A DNA stretch of 64,000 bases from Malacoraja senta (taxonomy: Eukaryota). The stretch spans positions 62,001 to 126,000 of the forward strand of contig JAXLNO010000041.1 in assembly GCA_038087875.1 (NCBI GenBank). Direction: 5' to 3'. The translations under genes were made by a program, and so were the position numbers. Shown in pieces: positions 22,924-36,266 of the stretch. How positions within the stretch are numbered: the stretch's first letter is position 1; every line of letters begins with the position of its first letter. The notes under the pieces were generated by a model. The model worked only from the letters and a program-made list of their open reading frames with translations, ran no database searches and was not told the DNA's origin.

Positions 22924-23538
22924 CACGGTGGCGCAGAATTGGGCTGAGCCTGCACAAAAACTACCAGTGCACCCACTCATGTATCACCGCGTAAACACAA
23001 CTTTCTCAGCATCGGCGCGTCCTCGTTGATTGCTGCACCCGTCCCATCGCCAGTGTCATTAATACTCGATTTTTAAATATTAAAAAACCCATGACAATTG
23101 GGTTGAAGAATAGCTTCTAACAAACAAATATTAGGTTCTTGAACACTACACAGCACTAACAGAAGAACTATGAAATGTCTTCGGTTGCATTAAGCATTTC
23201 ATGCATCTTATGCACATGGACTTGGTTGTTAATTTATTGAATTTTGTTTATTGTATATTATACTTCAGGCCTTGCCCCTCCTGTGACGCCATGGAACAGA
23301 AAAAAGGAGGGTTGAGATGATTGGCCAACAAAAGCAATGGTGTGATTGGCGGAATTAAGAAACTGAGTTAATTCGGGGAGTTGGAGAACAAATTAGCTCC
23401 GCGCCGACAGGATGAGACGCTGTCACGAATAAGCCAATGAATGAAGAGCCTAGACCACAGCTCTTTCACAATATCAGATTAAACCTGTTTCCGGGTGAGC
23501 GCATTTCAGTTCATATTCACTCTCAATGCAATTACAAC

Positions 23539-24396
23539 ATGCTGGCCTTGACAATGTATTGGCTTCTTACAGCTGCAGCTCTCTTAACCGGTAAGTTCAC
23601 GACGTTTCCAATAATGTAGGGCATGATATTTAAGCAACCAAATACCTTGAATGCAACAGAACGACTTTAGAAAAGGAGTCCGTCTGAGGACAGTAAACGA
23701 TGAGCGCAGTAGGATAAAAGATGCAGTTTCACAGTAATTGATGTTCGGAAATTTGATGTGAGTTTGCACGTTAATTGTTGGAAAGCAGCCCCGACGGAGA
23801 AGCATCGAAGCGTTAGAACACACCGGTGGTCCCCGTACGAGTGCTCTACGATTCCCCTTTTCCTCCCCGGAAGCAATAACAACGTCCAGTACGATGGAAC
23901 GGGCTGGATTATCTTTAAAGATAAATTTATTCGGTAATTCCCAGCGCCTTTCCGCCCATCTTTATTTAGCTTTTAGGGGAGGGGTATGTTTGATGTCATT
24001 GTACCTCATATCAGTATGAGGATGAGGGGTATTCTGAAGTATGAGCTGAGTTAGGTGATGTTGTGTTATTTATCCCCGGACTCTTGCAGGGAATTGTCGA
24101 GGCGACGCCGTTTCTCAGTCAACGGCAGCGGTTACAGTGAGTGAAGGGGATGATACAAAATTGAGCTGCAACTATACAGCTACAAGCACGGTCACTCCTG
24201 GACTGATCTGGTACCGTCGGTATCCCGGCGGATCCCTTGAGTTTCTTCTGCTGAGAACGACATTCAAAGGCGGCCAGAAGAGCAATGCCGGGGAACGTTT
24301 TTCTGCGGAGCTCAAACATTTGAGAGGAACGGTCCCGCTGACCGTGTCACAATTGCGGCTCCGAGACTCGGCGATGTATTACTGCGCTCCGAACCC
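23539..24396 (+). CDS. TRAV: Chimeric V segment A' (A 5' half, D-type CDR2 and 3' flank; heptamer CACGGTA)
   Basis: V exon 24090-24396 (TTFKGGQKSN, KHLRG, YYCAPNP); RSS 24397-24435. Confidence 0.86.
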
Positions 24397-25008
24397 CACG
24401 GTAGCGCAGAAATGGGCTGAGCCTGTACAAAAATTATCTGAGAACCCCGTCAGGAATCAGCGCGTAAGCGCAGCTTTGTCAGCATCGGCGCGTCCTCGTT
24501 GATTGCTGCACCCGTCCCAACGCCAGTGTGGTTGCTGCCATTAATACTCGATTTTTAAACATTAAAAACCCATGACAATTGAGTTGAACAATAGCTTCTA
24601 ACAAACAGACATTAGGTTCGTGAACACTCCACAGCACTAACAGATGAACTATGAACTGTCTGTGGTTGCATTAAGCAGTTCATAACTTATGCACATGGAC
24701 TAGGTTGTTAATTGATTGAATTGTGTTTATTATTTCTCATACTGCATACGATGACGCCATGGGACAGAACGCAAAGGAGGTTTGAGATGATTGGGCAACA
24801 AATGCAGGGATGTGATTGGCGGAATTAAGAAACAATGTTAATTCGGGGAGTTGGAGAACAAATTAGCTCTGGGCTGAGGGGACGTGACGCTGTCAAGAAT
24901 AAGCCAATGAATAGAGAGCCGAGACCACAGCTCTTTCACAATATCAGATTAAACTTGTTTCCGGGTGAGACCATTTCAGTTCATATTCACTCTCAATGCA
25001 ATTACAAC

Positions 25009-25880
25009 ATGCTGACCGTGACAATTTATTGTCTTCTTGCAGCTGCAGCTCTCTTAACGGGTAAGTTCAGGACGTTTCGAAGCCTGTACATTATATTACT
25101 GTAGGGCATGGCATTTAATCAATGAAATACCCGGCATGCAATAGAATGACTTTAGAATGGGAATCAGTGAGAGGACTAAACGAAGAGCACAATAAGAATA
25201 TAGATGCTGTTCCCCACAAAGTGATGTTAGGAAATTTGAGGTGAATTCCCAGAAATATTGTTGGAAACCAGCGCCTATGGTGAAGCATCGGAGAGTTAGA
25301 AAACTCCCTTGTGCTAAGTACTAGCGCTCAGCGATTCCTCTTCCCCTCTCGAGATCCAATGATGACGAGCAGATGGCGATGGAAAGGGGCGGATGATTTT
25401 TTAAAGATCATTTCATTCGGTTATTCACAGCGCCTTCCCCCCCCCATCTTTATTTAGCTTTTAGGGGAGGGAGATCTTTGTTGCCGTTCTACCTCAGATC
25501 AGTATAATTAATATGAATATGAGCAGAATGAGGTGATGTTGTGTTTTCTAACCTCGTACCCGGGCTCTTGCAGGATATTGTAGAGGCGACGCCGTTTCTC
25601 AGACACCATTAGTGGTAACAGTGAGTGAAGGGGAAGATGCACAGTTGAACTGCAACTATACAACTGCAAGCACGAGCATTCTTGGACTAATCTGGTACCG
25701 TCAGTATCCCGGCGGATCCCTTGAGTTTCTGCTGCTCAGAACGAAAATCGAAGCCGTCCAGAAGAACAATGCTGGAGAACGTTTTTCTGCGGAGCTCAAC
25801 CATTCGACAGGAACGGTCCCGCTGACGGTATCACAAACGCGGCTCCGAGACGCGGCAATGTATTACTGCGCCCAGAGCCC
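25009..25880 (+). CDS. TRAV: V segment lineage E (open; YYCAQSP)
   Basis: V exon 25574-25880, RSS 25881-25919. Confidence 0.87.
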
Positions 25881-26495
25881 CACGGTGGCGCAGAATTGGG
25901 TTGAGCCTGCACAAAAACTACCAGTGCACCCACTCATGTATCACCGCGTAAACACAACTTTCTCAGCATCGGCGCGTCCTCGTTCATTGCTGCACCCGTC
26001 CCATCGCCAGTGTCATTAATACTCGATTTTTAAATATTAAAAAACCCATGACAATTGGGTTGAAGAATAGCTTCTAACAAACAAATATTAGGTTCTTGAA
26101 CACTACACAGCACTAACAGAAGAACTATGAAATGTCTTCGGTTGCATTAAGCATTTCATGCATCTTATGCACATGGACTTGGTTGTTAATTTATTGAATT
26201 TTGTTTATTGTATATTATACTTCAGGCCTTGCCCCTCCTGTGACGCCATGGAACAGAAAAAAGGAGGGTTGAGATGATTGGCCAACAAAAGCAATGGTGT
26301 GATTGGCGGAATTAAGAAACTGAGTTAATTCGGGGAGTTGGAGAACAAATTTGCTCCGCGCCGACAGGATGTGACGCTGTCACGAATAAGCCAATGAATG
26401 AAGAGCCTAGACCACAGCTCTTTCACAATATCAGATTAAACCTGTTTCCGGGTGAGCGCATTTCAGTTCATATTCACTCTCACTGCAATTACAAC

Positions 26496-27354
26496 ATGCT
26501 GGCCTTGACAATGTACTGGCTTCTTGCAGCTGCAGCTCTCTTAACCGGTAAGTTCACGAGGTTTCCAATAATGTAGGGCATGATATTTAAGCAACCAAAT
26601 ACCTTGAATGCAACAGAACGACTTTAGAAAAGGAGTCCGTCTGAGGACAGTAAACGATGAGCGCAGTAGGAAAAAAGATGCAGTTTCACAGTAATTGATG
26701 TTCGGAAATTTGATGTGAGTTTCCAGGTTAATTGTTGGAAAGCAGCGCCGACGGAGAAGCATCGAAGCGTTAGAACACACCGGTGGTCCCCGTACGAATG
26801 CTCTACGATTCCCCCTTTTCCTCCCCGGAAGCAATAACAACGTCCAGTACGATGGAACGGGTTGGATTATCTTTAAAGATAAATTTATTCGGTAATTCCC
26901 AGCGCCTTTCCGCCCATCTTTATTTAGCTTTTAGGGGAGGGGTATGTTTGATGTCATTGTACCTCATATCAGTATGAGGATGAGGGGTATTCTGAAGTAT
27001 GAGCTGAGTTAGGTGATGTTGTGTTATTTATCCCCGGACTCTTGCAGGGAATTGTCGAGGCGACGCCGTTTCTCAGACAACGGCAGCGGTTACAGTGAGT
27101 GAAGGGGATGATACAAAATTGAGCTGCAACTATACAGCTACAAGCACGGTCACTCCTGGACTGATCTGGTACCGTCGGTATCCCGGCGGATCCCTTGAGT
27201 TTCTTCTGCTGAGAACGACATTCAAAGGCGGCCAGAAGAGCAATGCCGGGGAACGTTTTTCTGCGGAGCTCAAACATTTGAGAGGAACGGTTCCGCTGAC
27301 CGTGTCACAAACGCGGCTCCGAGACTCGGCGATGCATTACTGCGCTCCGAACCC
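26496..27354 (+). CDS. TRAV: Chimeric V segment A' (D-type 3' part; MHYC motif; heptamer CACGGTA)
   Basis: V exon 27048-27354; YYC changed to HYC; RSS 27355-27393. Confidence 0.84.
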
Positions 27355-27966
27355 CACGGTAGCGCAGAATTGGGCTGAGCCTGTACAAAAATTATCTGAG
27401 AACTCCGTCAGGAATCAGCGCGTAAGCGCAGCTTTGTCAGCATCGGCGCGTCCTCGTTGATTGCTGCACCCGTCCCAACGCCAGTGTGGTAGCTGCCATT
27501 AATACTCGATTTTTAAACATTAAAAACCCATGACAATTGAGTTGAACAATAGCTTCTAACAAACAGACATTAGGTTCGTGAACACTCCACAGCACTAACA
27601 GATGAACTATGAACAGTCTGTGGTTGCATTAAGCAGTTCATAACTTATGCACATGGACTAGGTTGTTAATTGATTGAATTGTGTTTATTATTTGTCATAC
27701 TGCATACTATGACGCCATGGGACAGAAAACAAAGGAGGTTTGAGATGATTGGGCATCAAAAGCAATGATGCGATTGGCGGAATTAAGAAACAATGTTAAT
27801 TCGGGGAGTTGGAGAACAAATTAGGTCTTCGCTGATGGGACGTGACGCTGTCAAGAATAAGCCAATGAATAGAGAGCCGAGACCACAGCTCTTTCACAAT
27901 ATCAGATTAAACCTGTTTCCGTGTGAGACCATTTTGGTTCATATTCACTCTCAATGCAATTACAAC

Positions 27967-28838
27967 ATGCTGCCCGTGACAATTTATTGTCTTCTTGCAG
28001 CTGCAGCTCTCTTAACGGGTAAGTTCAGGACGTTTCGAAGCCTGTACATTATATTACTGTAGGGCATGGCATTTAATCAATGAAATACCCGGCATGCAAT
28101 AGAATGACTTTAGAATGGGAATCAGTGAGAGGACTAAACGAAGAGCACAATAAAAATATAGATGCAGTTCCACACAAAGTGATGTTAGGAAATTTGAGGT
28201 GAATTCCCAGAAATATTGTTGGAAACCAGCGCCTATGGTGAAGCATCGGAGAGTTAGAATACTCCCTTGTGCTAAGTACTAGCGCTCAGCGATTCCTCTT
28301 CCCATCTCGAGATCCAATGATGACGAGCAGATGGCGATGGAAAGGGGCGGATGATTTTTTAAAGATAATTTCATTCGGTTATTCACAGCCCCTTTCCCCC
28401 CCCATCTTTATTTAGCTTTTAGGGGAGGGAGATCTTTGTTGCCGTTCTACCTCAGATCAGTATAATCAATATGAATATGAGCAGAATGACGTGATGTTGT
28501 GTTTTCTAACCTCGTTCGCGGGCTCTTGCAGGATATTGTAGAGGCGACGCCGTTTCTCAGACACCAGTAGTGGTAACAGTGAGTGAAGGGGAAGATGCAC
28601 AGTTGAACTGCAACTATACATCTGCAAGCACGAGCAATCTTCGACTAATCTGGTACCGTCAGTATCCCGGCGGATCCCTTGAGTTTCTGCTGCTCAGAAC
28701 GAAAATCGAAGCCGTCCAGAAGAACAATGCTGGAGAACGTTTTTCTGCGGAGCTCAACCATTCGACAGGAACGGTCCCGCTGACGATATCACAAACGCGG
28801 CTCCGAGACGCGGCAATGTATTACTGCGCCCTGAGCCC
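27967..28838 (+). CDS. TRAV: V segment lineage E (open; ASTSNLR)
   Basis: V exon 28532-28838, RSS 28839-28877. Confidence 0.88.
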
Positions 28839-29459
28839 CACGGTGGCGCAGAATTGGGCTCAGCCTGCACAAAAACTACCAGCGCACTCAATCATGTATC
28901 ACCGCGTAAACACAACTTTCTCAGCATCGGCGCGTCCTCGTTGATTGCTGCACCCGTCCCATCGCCAGTGTGTTTGCTGTCATTAATACTCGATTTTTAA
29001 ATATTAAAAAACCCATGACAATTGGGTTGAAAATAGCTTCTAACAAACAAATATTAGGTTCTTGAACACTACACAGCACTAACAGAAGAACTATGAAATG
29101 TCTTCGGTTGCATTAAGCATTTCATGCATCTTATGCACATGGACTTGGTTGTTAATTTATTGAATTTTGTTTATTGTTTGTTATACTTCAGGCCTTGCCC
29201 CTCCTGTGATGCCATGGGACAGAAAAAAGGAGGGTTGAGATGATTGGCCAACAAAAGCAATGGTGTGATTGGCGGAATTAAGAAACTGAGTTAATTCGGG
29301 GAGTTGGAGAACAAATTAGCTCCGCGCCGACAGGATGTGACGCTGTCACGAATAAGCCAATGAATGAAGAGCCTAGACACAGCTCTTTCACAATATCAGA
29401 TTAAACCTGTTTCCGGTGAGCGCATTTCAGTTCATATTCACTCTCAATGCAATTACAAC

Positions 29460-30315
29460 ATGCTGGCCTTGACAATGTATCGGCTTCTTACAGCTGCAGC
29501 TCTCTTAACCGGTAAGTTCACGAGGTTTCCAATAATGTAGGGCATGATATTTAAGCAACCAAATACCTTGAATGCAACAGAACGACTTTAGAAAAGGAGT
29601 CCGTCTGAGGACAGTAAACGATGAGCGCAGTAGGATAAAAGATGCAGTTTCACAGTAATTGATGTTCGGAAATTTGAGGTGAGTTTCCAGGTTAATTGTT
29701 GGAAAGCAGCCCCGACGGAGAAGCATCGAAGCGTTAGAACACACCGGTGGTCCCCGTACGAATGCTCTACGATTCCCTTTTCCTCCCCGGAAGCAATAAC
29801 AACGTCCAGTACGATGGAACGGGTTGGATTATCTTTAAAGATAATTACTCGGTAATTCCCAGCGCCTTTCCGCCCATCGTTATTTAGCTTTTAGAGGAGG
29901 GGTATGTTTGATGTCATTGTACCTCATATCAGTATGAGGATGAGGGGTATTCTGAAGTATGAGCTGAGCTAGGTTATATTGTGTTATTAATCCCCGGACT
30001 CTTTGCAGGGAATTGTCGAGGCGACGCCGTTTCTCAGACACCGCAGCGGTTACAGTGAGTGAAGGGGATGATACAAAATTGAGCTGCAAATATACAGCTA
30101 CAAGCACGGTATCCCCTGACTAATCTGGTAACCGTCAGTATGCCGGCGGATGCCTTGAGTTTCTGCTGCTCAGAACGAAAATCGAAGCCGCCCAGAAGAA
30201 CAGTGCCGGTGAACGTTTTTCTGCGGAGCTCAACCATTCGACAGGAACGGTCCCGCTGACCGTGTCACAAACGCGGCTCCGAGACTCGGCGATGTATTAC
30301 TGCGCACATGAACCC
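29460..30315 (+). pseudogene. TRAV: V segment lineage A with several private 1-nt indels (apparent pseudogene, probably sequence error)
   Basis: Near-identical to A at 6959 but with private indels, e.g. CCCCTGACT, TGGTAACCG, GCACATGAAC; RSS 30316-30354 intact. Confidence 0.6.
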
Positions 30316-30941
30316 CACGGTGGCGCAGTGGTGGGCTGAGCCTGCACAAAAACTGCCAGTGCACCCACTCATGTATCACCGCGTCAGCGCAGCTTTGTCA
30401 GCATCGGCGCGTCCTCGTTGATTGCTGCACCGTTCCCAACGCCAGTGTGTTTACTGTCATTAATACTCGATTTTTAAATATTAAAAACCCATGACAATTG
30501 GGTTGAAGAATAGCTTCTAACAAACAAATAATTAGGTTCTTGAACTCTACACAGCACTGAAAAATGAACTATGAAATGTCTTCGCTTGCATTAAGCACTT
30601 CATTCATCTTATGCACATGGACTAGGTTGTTAATTTATTGAATTTTGTTTATTGTATGTTATACTTCAGGCCTTGCCCCTCCTGTGACGCCGTGGAACAG
30701 AAAACAAAGGAGGTTTGAAATGATTGGGCAACAAAAGCAATGACGTGATTGGCGGAATTAAGAAACTGAGTGAATTAGGGGAGTTGGAGAACAAATTAGC
30801 TCCGCGCCGACGGGATGAGACGCTGTCAAGAATAAGCCAACGAATGAAGAACCTAGACCACAGCCCTTTCACAATATCAGATTAAACCTGTTTCCGGGTG
30901 AGCGCATTTCAGTTCATATTCACTCTCAATGCAATTACAAC

Positions 30942-31773
30942 ATGCTGGCCGTGACAATTTATTGGCTTCTTACAGCTGCAGCTCTTTTAACGGTTAAGTA
31001 CAAGACGTTTCCAAGCCTGAATATTATATTACTGTAGGGCATGGTATTTAATCAATAAAATGCCTTGCATGCAATGGAATGACTTTAGAAAGTGAGTCAG
31101 TGAGGGAACAATAAACGAAGAGTACAATAAGAATATAGATGCAGTTCCGACCAAAGTGCTGTAAGGATTTTGAGATGAGTTTCCAGGTATATTAGACCAC
31201 GCCCGTGTTCTAAGGTCGTGCGCTCAGCAATTCGTCTCCTCCTCCCGAGATGCAATGATGACGAGCAGGTGGCGATGGAAAGGGGTGGATGATTTTTAAA
31301 TATAGTTTCATTCGGTAATTCACAGCGCGTTTTCTCCCACCTTCATTTAGGTTTGAGTGCAGGGAGATCTTTGTTGCCGTTCTACCTCAGATCAGTACCA
31401 GGATAAGGTGAGCGTGAGGAGAATGCGGTGATATTCTTGTTTTTAACTTCGTTCCCGGACTCTTGCAGAGCATTGTCGAGGCGACGCCGTTTCTCAGACA
31501 CCAGTAGTGGTAACAATGAGCGAAGGGGATGATGCCCAGTTGAACTGCATCTATACAGCTACAAGCACGAACAATCTTGTATTAATGTGGTACCGGCAGT
31601 ATCCCGGCGGATCCCTTCAATTTCTGGTTCAGAACGAAATTCGAAGCCGCCCAGAAGAACAGTGCTGGAGAACGTTTGGCTGCGGAGCTCAACCATTTGA
31701 CAGGAACAATCCCGCTGACTGTGTCGCAAACGCGGCTCCGAGACGCGGCGATGTATTACTGCGCCCTGAGTCC
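30942..31773 (+). pseudogene. TRAV: V pseudogene lineage B (frameshift; donor GT>TT)
   Basis: Copy of B at 8441; aberrant RSS 31774-31800. Confidence 0.9.
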
Positions 31774-31847
31774 CACGGAGGCAGCGATTGTACATAAACT
31801 ACCATTTCCGGATTTCAGTTCATATTCACTCTCCATGTAATTGAAAC

Positions 31848-32547
31848 ATGCTGTCATTGACTATTTATTTGCTTCTTATAGCTGCAGCTCTCTTAACCGG
31901 TATGTTCACGACGTTTCCAAGCCTGTATATTATGTTACTTTAGGGCATGATATCTCATCAATCAAATACATTGAATGCAATGGAATCACGTTAGAATGCC
32001 ATTCAATGGAGGATAGTAAGTGAAGAGTACAAAGAGGAATATAGATGCAGTTCCTCAATAGGGATGTGAGGGGATTTGAGGCGTTTCCAGGTTAATAGCT
32101 GGAAACTAGCCCCGGTTGGGTAGAGTCCAGCAGTTGGAACACACCGGTGTTCTACGTAGGAGCGCTCTACGATTCCCCTTTTCCTTCCGGGACGCAATGA
32201 TGACGAGCGGAGTGCGATGGAAAGGGTTGGATGATCTTTAAAGATAATTTCATTCGGTAATTGCCAACGCCTACCCCCCACCTTTATGTAGCTTTTAGGG
32301 GAGGGGTATCATTAATGCCATTGCACCTCGAATCAGTACCAGGATAGGGGGTATTTTCGAATATGAACACAGTAAGGTGATGTTCTGTTGTTTAACTTCG
32401 TCCCCGGATTCTTGCAGGGCATTGTCGAGGCGACGCCGTTTCTCAGACCCCAGCAATGATAACAGTGAGTGAAGGCGATGACGCACCGTTGAAGTGCAAC
32501 TACACAGCTACAATCACGAGCAATCTTAGACTAATCTGGTACCGTCA
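31848..32547 (+). pseudogene. TRAV: V pseudogene lineage C (truncated)
   Basis: Copy of C at 9347. Confidence 0.9.
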
Positions 32548-32548
32548 T

Positions 32549-32966
32549 GGCCCTGTCCCACGGTGCGAGGCCACCCACGTGTGATCCCGAGTTTAAAACA
32601 AATCAAACTCGTGGTAATCACGTAGCGGGAACGTCGGAACTCGTAACTCTAACGGCAGGTACTCTTGAAACTTGTTAACTCGTGAAAATCTTTCAACATG
32701 CTGAAAGATTTCCACGAGTCAGAGTTACTCTTGAAGTAAAACATTTAAACTTTTAAACTCGTTGTAAGAACTTAGTAGCCCGTGAGTTTACCGTAGTGAC
32801 TCGTGAGTCTACCGTGGGCACTCTTTAACTCAGCTGGACAGGCAGCATCTCTGCAGAGAAGGAATGGGTGACGGGATGACGTTTCCAAAATTCTGCTGCG
32901 TCTTTGTGTTACTCCAGCACTTTGTGTTCACTTTTTGTCAACCAGCATCTGCCCTTTCTTGTGTAT
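32549..32966. mobile_element. Copy of MITE-like plus repeat-remnant insertion
   Basis: Copy of 10049-10466. Confidence 0.6.
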
Positions 32967-33420
32967 GACATTATTTGTACCCGTGGCAGTTGATTGTCGC
33001 TCACATACCAGGCTTTTAAACACGACACAACACTAACCTATGATCTATGAACTGTCTTTCGGTGCACTTAGCAATTCAAGCTTTTTAATGCACATGGATT
33101 ACGTTATTAATTTATTGTATTTTGTTTATTATTTATCATACTTCAGGCCTTGTCTCTCCTGTGACTTCATGAAACAGAAAACAAAGGAGGTTTGAGATGA
33201 TTGGCAACTGAGAAGCAGTGAGTTGATTGGCGGAATTCAGCGAGTGAGGTAAGTCGGGGGGGTTGGAGAACACATTCGCTCAGTGCCGAGGGGATGTGCC
33301 GTCGTCAAAAATAAACCAATGAATTGAGAGCCTAGACCACAGCTCTTTCACAATATCTGATTAAACATATTTCCCGATGAGAACATTTCAGTTCATATTC
33401 ACTCTCAAAGCAATCACAAC

Positions 33421-34163
33421 ATGTTGGCCGTGATTATTTATTCTCTTCTTGCAGCTGCAGCTCTCTTAACCGGTAGGTGCACGGCGTTTCCGACCCTGGA
33501 TATTATATTATTACGGGGCATGATATTTAATCAATCAACTAGTTTGAATGCAATAGAATGACTTAAGAAAGGGAGTCACACCCATGTTCTACGGACGAGT
33601 GCTGAAAGATTCTCTTTTCTCCCTCCCAAGACAGAATGATGACGAGCAGAGGGCAATGGAAAGGGTTACATGATCTTTAAAGACAATTTAATTCAGTAAT
33701 TCCCACTGCTTTCCCGCCACCTTGATGTGGGTTTTAGGGGAGGGTATTCTTTGCTGCCGTTGTGCCTCAGATCAGTATCAAGATATGCGGCATTTTCCAG
33801 TATCAACATATTGGGATAATGCAATGTAATTTAATTTCTTCCCCTGGCCCTTGCAGGACATTGTTGAGGCGAAGCCGTTTCTCAGACACCAGTAGTGGAA
33901 ACAGTAAATGAAGGGGATGATGCCCAGTTGAATTGCAACTATACAGCTACAAGCACGAGCGTCCCTGGACTAATCTGGTACCGTCAGTATCCCGGCGGAT
34001 CCCTTGAGTTTCTGCTGCTCAAAACGACATTCAAAGGCGGCCAGAAGAACAATGCCGGGGAACGTTTTTCTGCGGAGCTCAACCATTTGACAGGAACGGT
34101 CCCGCTGACCGTGTCACAAACGCGGCTCCGAGACTCGGCCATGTATTACTGCGCTCTGAACCC
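33421..34163 (+). CDS. TRAV: V segment lineage D (open; intact CAC heptamer)
   Basis: V exon 33857-34163, RSS 34164-34202; same protein as D at 10921. Confidence 0.87.
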
Positions 34164-34774
34164 CACGGTGGCGCAGAATTGGGCTGAGCCTGTACAAAAA
34201 TTATCTGAGAACCCCGTCAGGAATCAGCGCGTAAGCGCAGCTTTGTCAGCATCGGCGCGTCCTCGTTGATTGCTGCACCCGTCCCAACGCCAGTGTGGTT
34301 GCTGCCATTAATACTCGATTTTAAACATTAAAAACCCATGACAATTGAGTTGAAGAATAGCTTCTAACAAACAGACATTAGGTTCGTGAACACTCCACAG
34401 CACTAACAGATGAACTATGAACTGTCTGTGGTTGCATTAAGCAGTTCATAACTTATGCACATGGACTAGGTTGTTAATTGATTGAATTGTGTTTATTATT
34501 TCTCATACTGCATACGATGACGCCATGGGACAGAACGCAAAGGAGGTTTGAGATGATTGGGCAACAAATGCAGGAATGTGATTGGCGGAATTAAGAAACA
34601 ATGTTAATTCGGGGAGTTGGAGAACAAATTAGCTCTGGGCTGAGGGGACATGACGCTGTCAAGAATAAGCCAATGAATAGAGAGCCGAGACCACAGCTCT
34701 TTCACAATATCAGATGAAACTTGTTTCCGGGTGAGACCATTTCAGTTCATATTCACTCTCAATGCAATTACAAC

Positions 34775-35644
34775 ATGCTGCCCGTGACAATTTATTGTCT
34801 TCTTGCAGCTGCAGCTCTCTTAACGGGTAAGTTCAGGACGTTTCGAAGCCTGTACATTATATTACTGTAGGGCATGGTATTTAATCAATGAAATACCCTG
34901 CATGCAATAGAATGACTTTAGAATGGGAATCAGTGAGAGGACTAAACGAAGAGCACAATAAGAATATAGATGCAGTGCCACACAAAGTGATGTTAGGAAA
35001 TTTGAGTAGAATTCCCAGAAATATTGTTGGAAACCAGCGCCTATGGTGAAGCATCGGAGAGTTAGAAAACTCCCGTGTGCTAAGTACGAGCGCTCAGCGA
35101 TTCCTCTTCCCCTCTCGAGATCCAATGATGACGAGCAGATGGCGATGGAAAGGGGCGGATGATTTTTTAAAGATAATTTCATTCGGTTATTCACAGCGCC
35201 TTTCCCCCCCATCTTTATTTAGCTTTTAGGGGAGGGAGATCTTTGTTGCCGTTCTACCTCAGATCAGTATAATTAATATGAATATGAGCAGAATGAGGTG
35301 ATGTTGTGTTTTCTAACCTCGTACCCGGGCTCTTGCAGGATATTGTAGAGGCGACGCCGTTTCTCAGACACCAGTAGTGGTAACAGTGAGTGAAGGGGAA
35401 GATGCACAGTTGAAGTGCAACTATACAACTGCAAGCACGAGCATTCTTGGACTAATCTGGTACCGTCAGTCTCCCGGCGGATCCCTTGAGTTTCTGCTGC
35501 TCAGAACGAAAATCGAAGCCGTCCAGAAGAACAATGCTGGAGAACGTTTTTCTGCGGAGCTCAACCATTCGACAGGACGGTCCCGCTGACGGTATCACAA
35601 ACGCGGCTCCGAGACGCGGCAATGTATTACTGCGCCCTGAACCC
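34775..35644 (+). pseudogene. TRAV: V segment lineage E with private 1-nt deletion in FR3 (probably sequence error)
   Basis: ACAGGACGG instead of ACAGGAACGG near 35577; otherwise matches E at 12276; RSS 35645-35683. Confidence 0.55.
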
Positions 35645-36266
35645 CACGGTGGCGCAGAATTGGGCTGAGCCTGCACAAAAACTACCAGTGCACCCACTCA
35701 TGTATCACCGCGTAAACACAACTTCTCAGCATCGGCGCGTCCTCGTTGATTGCTGCACCCGTCCCATCGCCAGGTGTGTTTGCTGTCATTAATACTCGAT
35801 TTTAAATATAAAAAACCCATGACAATTGGGTTGAAGAATAGCTTCTAACAAACAAATATTAGGTTCTTGAACACTACACAGCACTAACAGAAGAACTATG
35901 AAATGTCTTCGGTTGCATTAAGCATTTCATGCATCTTATGCACATGGACTTGGTGTTAATTTATTGAATTTTGTTTATTGTTTATTATACTTCAGGCCTT
36001 GCCCCTCCTGTGACGCCATGGAACAGAAAAAAGGAGGGTTGAGATGATTGGCCAACAAAAGTCAATGGTGTGATTGGCGGAATTAAAGAAACTGAGTTAA
36101 TTCGGGGAGTTGGAGAACAAATTAGCTCCGCGCCAACAGGATGTGACCGCTGTCACGAATAAGCCAATCAATGAAGAGCCTAGACCACAGCTCTTTCACA
36201 ATATCAGATTAAACCTGTTTCGGTGAGCGCATTTCAGTTCATATTCACTCTCAATGCAATTACAAC

